Assembly (NCBI RefSeq): GCF_963921235.1 | Contig: NC_086102.1 | Coordinates: 37,200,001 to 37,264,000 of the forward strand | Direction: 5' to 3' | DNA length: 64,000 bases | Source of the DNA: Mobula hypostoma | Taxonomy: Eukaryota | Part shown: in pieces, positions 60,270 through 64,000 of the stretch | Position numbering within the stretch: the first letter of the stretch is position 1 | How the letters are laid out: the number at the start of each line of letters is the position of its first letter | Position numbers and translations under genes: made by a program | Notes under the pieces: model-generated | Database searches by the model: none | What the model was told of the DNA's origin: nothing | Seen by the model: only the letters and a program-made list of their open reading frames with translations

Positions 60270-61320
60270 TCCAATGGTTCAATAGTTCAATTTAATATCA
60301 GAGAACGTATACAGCCTGAAATCCTTATTCTTTGCAGACATCCACAAAACAAAAAACCCAGAGAATTAATGACAGAAAACATTAGAACCCCAAAGCGCTC
60401 CCCCACCCCCCACGCACAAGCAACAGCAAGAGCATTCACCCCTCCCCCTCCTGTCTTCTCCTATCATTTCGGATCTCCCCCTCCCCCTGCTACTCTCAAA
60501 TCTCTTACTAGCTCTTCTTTCAGTTAGTCCTAACGAAGGGTCCCGGCCCAAAACGTCGACTGTATCTCTTCCTATAGATGTGGCCTGGCCTGCTGCGTTC
60601 ACCAGCAGTTTTTTCTGTGTGTTGCTTGAAATGCTAGCATCTGCAGATTTCCTCGTGTCTGCGTTTTTAAACCCTCTGCCCACTTGCTCCAGCAAAAGCA
60701 TCAACTCCCGCCACCGAGCAAGCAATAGCAAAACCCCCAGAGACCCTGATCTAGAAGTCGTCAAAAACTCCTGTCCAGCCCAATACTTCGACATCTCAGA
60801 CAGGCTCTCTTTCTCTCCCTCACATATCACTCCTGTAACAGTCAGATAGGAGACCAACAGTTCATGGTTTCAATGTTACTATCTGTCCCGTTGCTTGTCC
60901 AAGCCCCCTGACTCAAAGACCAACAGATTCTCACTCACCATCGAGAGGGAGAGAGAGATTGCATGAGTGCAGGGGCCTTCTGACAGCTGCACACACTGCC
61001 CGCTGTCTCAGTGTTACAACCTCCCGCAACAGTTCAGTCGGCAACATCAGCAAGGAATCAGGCTGTTCAAAGGGCCGCACTCTGAAGGTGTGCACCTTCC
61101 AGGCTGCACCCGGAGATATCGAAACACCAGGCCGCGTGGTGAGAGCGAGAACCCACCACCCGAGAGGACCATAGTTTGAGCTGCAGCTGTAGATCACAGA
61201 CTCTGACAGGACCCCAGCCACCTTGAAAAAGGAAAAAGAGAAATGAGAAGAGAAGAAATTAAACTGTTTCATGGACGAACTGGAAGAAGTCATCCAGGTC
61301 TGCAAATATCTCTGGCGCTG
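60270..61320 (-). repeat. Unclassified retroposon-like repeat, interrupted by a Penelope terminus at about 60440-60660
   Basis: Similarity to 26967-27750. The nested segment is the reverse complement of 24012-24990. Confidence 0.5.
60440..60660 (+). mobile_element. Penelope-like terminal fragment with decayed hammerhead motif (60521-60562)
   Basis: CAGTTAGTC-CTAACGA-AGGGTCCCGGCCC-AAAACGTC-GACTG. G5 and G12 are changed to A. Confidence 0.78.
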
Positions 61321-61344
61321 CCTTTAGCTCCTCCAACTCCATCC

Positions 61345-61885
61345 GGAATAACACACACACAACGTGCTGGAGCAACTCAGCAGGTCAGGCAGCATCTATG
61401 GAGGGGAATAATCAGTCAAACTTTTATGCCAAGATCCTTCATCAGAACTGGAAAGGAAGGGGGGAGAAACCAGAATAAGGTGGTGGGAGGAGGGGAGGAG
61501 CACAAGCTGACATGTCATAGATGAAGACAGATGAGGGTGTGGGTAGGAAAATGAATCTGGGAAAGGTAAAGGGAGAAAGAAGAAGAAATCTGATAGGAGA
61601 AGAGATTGCATATGGGAGAAAGGGAAGGTAGGGAACCAGAGGGAGGTGATAGGCACGTGAGGAGAAGAGAAGAGATAAGTGGGGAGTCAGAATGGGGAAT
61701 GAAAAAGGAGAGAAGGAGGAGAGGGATAGAAATTTCTGGATGTTGGAGAAGTTGATGCTCATGCCGTCAGGTTGGAACATTCCCAAATGGAATATGAGGC
61801 CTTGTTCCTCCAACTTCAGTCTGAGAGTGCCCTCATCATGGCGGCATAGGAGGCCAGGGACTGACATGTCAGTCCAGGCATGACA
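61345..61885 (-). mobile_element. Penelope-like element 3' portion (GIY-YIG tail and terminus)
   Basis: LKLEEQGLIFHLGMFQPDGMSINFSN on minus. Terminal CAGTT-CTGATGA-AGG...GACTG at 61413-61451. Confidence 0.78.
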
Positions 61886-62824
61886 GTAAACATATGCTGC
61901 TAGTTTGCCAAAACTTAGCCTGATCTTGTAACCCTTCCCATTAATGTCTGATCTGATTCCCAAGTAGCTGAGATACCCGTTCCCTGGCTGGAGTTCTCTC
62001 AATGTCTGATGCATCAGTTGGGACAGAATACGGTCTGAACTAACCTGTAAATTACATGGGGTGTTGGTCTCTGAGCTGCCCACTGGTCATAGTATCTTTA
62101 ATGAGTGTGGGTCGTCTTCACCCTCCTTCTCGGTCTCCTGCCTCTGCTTTGGCAGATTGAAGTGCCCGAGTATCTGACAGGAGGAGCACGTGGGCCAGAC
62201 CTGGAGAGTAGGTGAGGGAGGAAATCAGCAGCTAAAGCCTGAAAATCAGAAAAGGTTGTGGAACAGCAAAGTAGTGAGGATGGTTTCTGGCCTGCCATAA
62301 ACTGTGAGCATTTATTGCACCCGTGTAAGGTGAGGCAGCCCCATTTATTCTCTGACAGTTAGCCCCTGCTGTTGCTGTTGATGGTGAGGGCCCAGCTTCT
62401 CCAGCACAAGTGAGGGAAGGGCCATAAGATATGGTTTAGATAATCTGTGTCTCATGGATGAACAATTGTCAATATGTGTGAAGTATCAAATGAAGGGGCA
62501 AGTCTTTGGGCAGCATTAAGTGTCTGAGAATGCTCTGAATGCATGGATGCTGGGTACAAACCAGCCGAATAGAGAGAGTTATTGTGTCGTGCAATATGTG
62601 CGACCACACGCACGTTGATAACTGAACTTATCCCTAACCTCAGGTAAGATGACTAAAGTTTTCTGGGATTGCATCTAGGAGCCTGAGGATTGATTCTGAT
62701 ACAGCTAACTCCTCCTATCAATTTCTGAATGTGAGCCTGAGGAAGCCATAGGACCATTGCAGAAACAGAACTTGTCTCCCCTCTCCACCTTCCATGGTAA
62801 GAGCTTCAGTGTGACACAGAACAT

Positions 62825-63090
62825 TCCATTCTCTCCCATGTGGTGCCAAGAAAATCCCCCTCCAAGTCAATCACCATCCTGACTTGGAAGCATATCAACA
62901 TGCCTTCATTGTCACTCGGTCAAAGTCACGGAATTCCCTCCCTATCAGCACTGCGGGTGTACCTACACCTCGGGGCAGGAGCGGTTCAAGAAGGCAGCTC
63001 ATCAGCATCTTCTCAAGGGCAGCTAGGGATGAGCAATAAATGCAGGCTTAGCTGGTGACGCCCACATCCCGTAAATGAATAAATATTAAA
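62825..63090 (+). repeat. 3' end of a LINE-related repeat (CR1/L2 group, unclassified)
   Basis: CACCATCCTGACTTGGAA...GGTTCAAGAAGGCAGCTCA...AATAAATGC...GCCCACATCCC...AATGAATAAA resembles a common shark/ray repeat tail (recalled). Confidence 0.5.
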
Positions 63091-63447
63091 AAAGAATCTT
63101 TCCACAAGCTGCAGTCATCTCCATCTTAACTATCACCACTTGCTCTAATCACACATACAAGCTGGATTAGGGCAAGACAGGCTAGTGAATGCAATTCAGT
63201 GAACTGGTCCCTTCTCTAAGCCACTTCACTGTTCAGTCAATATCAGGTGGGTACAGCAATCATTTGCCATGCAGAGGGGTTTACTGTGTCACATTTAGTG
63301 GGCTTGAGTTAATCAGTCGTCAGCATCCCCATGTCTAGTTTCAGGACCTCTCTAATTTAAATCTCTGTGTATTTATTGGAATAATGAGGCTGAATCAAAA
63401 TAGGTTCTATAGTTTTGGAAATTCTCTCAAAATTTGTGGAGGCAATT

Positions 63448-64000
63448 ATAGAAACATAGAAACATAGAAAATAGGTGCAGGAGTAGGCCATTCGGCCCTT
63501 CGAGCCTGCACCGCCATTTATTATGATCATGGCTGATCATCCAACTCAGAACCCCGCCCCATCCTTCCCTCCATACCCCCTGACCCCTGTAGCCACAAGG
63601 GCCATATCTAACTCCCTCTTAAACGTAGCCAATGAACTGGCCTCAACAGTTTGCTGTGGCAGAGAATTCCACAGATTCACCACTCTCTGTGTGAAGAAGT
63701 TTTTCCTAATCTCGGTCCTAAAAGGCTTCCCCTCTATCCTCAAACTGTGACCCCTCGTTCTGGACTTCCCCAACATCGGGAACAATCTTCCTGCATCTAG
63801 CCTGTCCAATCCCTTTAGGATCTTATACGTTTCAATCAGATCCCCCCTCAATCTTCTAAATTCCAACGAGTACAAGCCCAGTTCATCCAGTCTTTCTTCA
63901 TATGAAAGTCCTGCCATCCCAGGAATCAATCTAGTGAACCTTCTTTGTACTCCCTCTATGGCAAAGATGTCTTTCCTCAGGTTAGGGGACCAAAACTGCA
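63448..64000 (-). mobile_element. Young CR1 copy 4, 3' end, continues beyond the window
   Basis: ORF 63546-63929 minus is near-identical to the C-terminus of copy 1. Tail (TTTCTATG)n. Confidence 0.96.

Noticed and set aside
61442-62083. 213-aa minus-strand ORF
   Set aside because: A chance read-through of unique sequence into a Penelope GIY-YIG tail and a low-complexity purine/pyrimidine tract.
1-64000. Prokaryotic-type systems (CRISPR arrays, operons, defence genes), rRNA, or endogenous non-retroviral virus genes
   Set aside because: No regularly spaced repeat-spacer array, rRNA-like sequence or viral hallmark protein was seen; all long ORFs are explained by retroelements.

Overview
Eukaryotic, transposon-dominated 64-kb window. 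I recognise no intact host protein-coding gene, so it is intergenic or inside a large intron. The repeat families (young CR1 LINEs, fish-type L1, Rex1/Babar, Penelope-like elements, V-SINE, Tigger, Gypsy) suggest a cartilaginous fish, probably a ray; this is inference from family resemblance, not a database result. Main points: (1) At 1-7.9 kb there is a four-level nest. A sushi-type Gypsy contains a second Gypsy whose RT/RNaseH/integrase core is replaced by an intronless, poly(A)-less piece of RBM25 mRNA, in frame with the distal protease region. That piece is itself split by a young CR1 with a 6-bp TSD. (2) At 32.6 kb a non-coding retroelement starts with a near-complete HDV-like ribozyme fold carrying an unusual hairpin inside L3. 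(3) Decayed minimal hammerhead motifs sit in Penelope termini. (4) There is an L1 with a twin-priming-type 5' inversion, a full-length L1 with a 16-bp TSD, and a CR1 copy with an uninterrupted ORF2. (5) A solo LTR and a Tigger element with a 222-bp internal palindrome are also present. Family and protein assignments come from motif recognition and memory and need database confirmation.
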